NCBI GenBank assembly: GCA_010909165.1
Contig: MU008159.1
Location: forward strand, 1,674,001-1,738,000
Source: Anthoceros angustus
Lineage: Eukaryota > Plantae > Anthocerotophyta
Length of the DNA: 64,000 nt
Direction of reading: 5' to 3'
Below the pieces are notes generated by a model, which was not told the origin of the DNA, made no database searches, and saw only the letters and a program-made list of their open reading frames with translations. The translations under genes and the position numbers were made by a program. Below, in pieces: positions 62,021-64,000 of this stretch. The first letter of the stretch is position 1. Each line of letters begins with the position of its first letter.

Positions 62021-64000
62021 GCATGGCCACATTGTCTCCCAAGCGTTACCAAACTTCCAAACTTCCCATCTTCACCTCATCTTCATGTTCATATGAAAGA
62101 GAGTTGCCAGGCCTGCAACGGAGAGGTTTTGGACAGGATGTTGGGCAGAAGGGTAAACGGAGGAGGTTTGTTGTTTGTTGTTGTTGCTTTCCGACATGCA
62201 TTAAAGGAGGATTTGGTTGGTGCGAAAGGTAGGGGCGGCGAGGCGCATGCTGCCAAAAACGGTATACGCAGGTAGATACATACATATGTAGGCGAAATCC
62301 GAAGGAGAGGCGTATTGTAATGTGTAATGAAACAGGCAAACAGGCAGGGTGGCCCCACCGACTGAACGGACTGCAGCCCCTGCCAAACGCCTGGGGCGGC
62401 GCGGTGCTGGAGTGATTGAGGCTCCATCTGGGAAGCCGCAAGTGGGCCCGGGGCCGAGCCTGGCCAGGCCAGGCCAGGCCAGCCCGGTCCCGTGACCCGT
62501 AAGTTGTAACCTGTCCGTCCCCCGTTCTCGATTCCCGACTCTCGACCCGCCGCCCCGCCGCATAAATAATTCCGTTTCCAGCTCCCACCCTTCCACCTTC
62601 CACCGTGCGCATCATTCCTTCATTCCCCTTCTCACCCACGGAACGGGGTTCCCGCCAAAGCCAGCGCCCGGGCCCAGGCAATGAGCGCTGAATCCCTGGC
62701 GAATCCGGCGAATCTTCACCGCCAGGCCTGGGCAGCGCGAGTCCCTGGGCCCCAGCTTCGGATCAACCCGGGCCTCGCAGGCCCGTTCTTTTGGAGACGC
62801 GCGTCTCCATGAAAATGCCTCGTGTGGTTGCACACCAGAGATGGGCCCCCCTTCCCTCCCTCCTCGCCCCTTCGACGGCTCTCGTCGCTTCAAAAACCCG
62901 GCGGCGCACAACACACTGCCGTATTCACCCACCGCCGTTTAATGCCAGGCATCACGGAAAGGTAAAGGCAAAGGGGTGGGTAAAGGCAAAGGCAAAGGCA
63001 AAAGGCCAAGGCCTTCTGTATGTATACAGGTAATTGTTCCTACATAATACATAATAATAGGCCTCACATGGCAAAAGACACTCACCTTGTTTTACCAATA
63101 CAATGGTAGTAACGTACATAGGCCTGGAGAAATTACGTGCCGGCAAATGCCGTGTAGGTATACGTGACAGGCTAAAGCCTTCTTTCACGTTTTACGAAAA
63201 CCTCTAGAGGGAAAGGAAGGTGGTTGCGGGATCCAGGCATGTTATTCTGGAGAGCCTGTACTGTCGGGGAATTTGGGCACGAATTTTCACCGGCTTTGGA
63301 ATTCTTCAATGTCGGGAAAATACACATGTCAACCACCGAGCCTCACACGAGAAAGGGGTGAAGGGGTGACGGAACGGGACGGGTCGGGACGGAACGGCAT
63401 TGGGTGACAGTGGTGAAATGCAGTGCCGCCAGCAGCCAGCTGGGGAGCGGTACTGTTTGTGGTGCGCGCCGTTCCGAGGTTCCTCTCGCTTGGCAGTTGG
63501 AGCATTAATATTCCGGCCCCGCCCCTTCCGATTAACTATTTCTTTTCCCTGCCTTCCTTAAACCGCCTTCACGCCCGGCCTCCCGCTTCATTGCTTCATT
63601 GCTGGCCTCTGATTCTCTGCTCCCGGCTGTGGCAACTTGGTAAGGCCTCGCAGGCCAATTTGCTGCTGCCGTGTTTGCTCCGCGCGTCTGCATCTCGCGT
63701 CTCTGTGCTGCTGCTGCTCTGCGGCCTGGAAGGCGTCAATTGATCGCGGCTTGGTGCGATTGTGTGTTGAATTGGCCGCGGCAGTGGGGGGGTAAGGTGG
63801 TCCAGGAGCTCAGCAGCTTGGCTCGGTAGGTGGTGAGGCTGCCCGGGGGGGAGAGTGACGGCGGTACGAATGGAGCTTCAATTTCCCGGGACCGAGAAGG
63901 CCCGGGTTTTGTGGAGGAGCTTGGTGATGAGGATTGCCAGGTTCACTCCTTGACGCGTGCGGTCCCGACAAGACAGATTTCCTTTGTGCTCTTGCTGTTC

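Overview
Repeat-rich eukaryotic (land-plant-like) nuclear DNA, apparently from an error-prone long-read assembly: many 0.7-2 kb tandem duplications carry 1-bp homopolymer deletions in one copy, and frameshifts are pervasive. Main find: a ~16.1 kb DNA transposon (1118-17229) nested inside a Ty1/copia pol gene, with a 4-bp TTAG target duplication and imperfect terminal inverted repeats. It carries two divergent genes: a Sola/DUF7869-type DDD transposase (+) and a cargo gene (-) that fuses a ParB/Srx-like domain (IGGNHS) to a bacterial-type beta-class N4C/N6A DNA methyltransferase (ITGD..VADLPRG..VWEK..PYQKP..VIDGCSGSG, read across frameshifts). The rest of the window holds: a multi-exon SURP...SRI-like (FES1/C3H38-type) gene with large internal peptide repeats (22892-33518, -); a head-to-head stand-alone MLKL/HeLo-like four-helix-bundle ORF (34012-34461, +); degenerate paralog fragments of the SURP gene; a copia gag remnant; an Athila/Tat-like Ty3/gypsy element with a ~6 kb 5' LTR (45904 to ~60378); and a second, dead gypsy RT-RNase H. 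All family calls come from motifs read by eye; no database searches were run.
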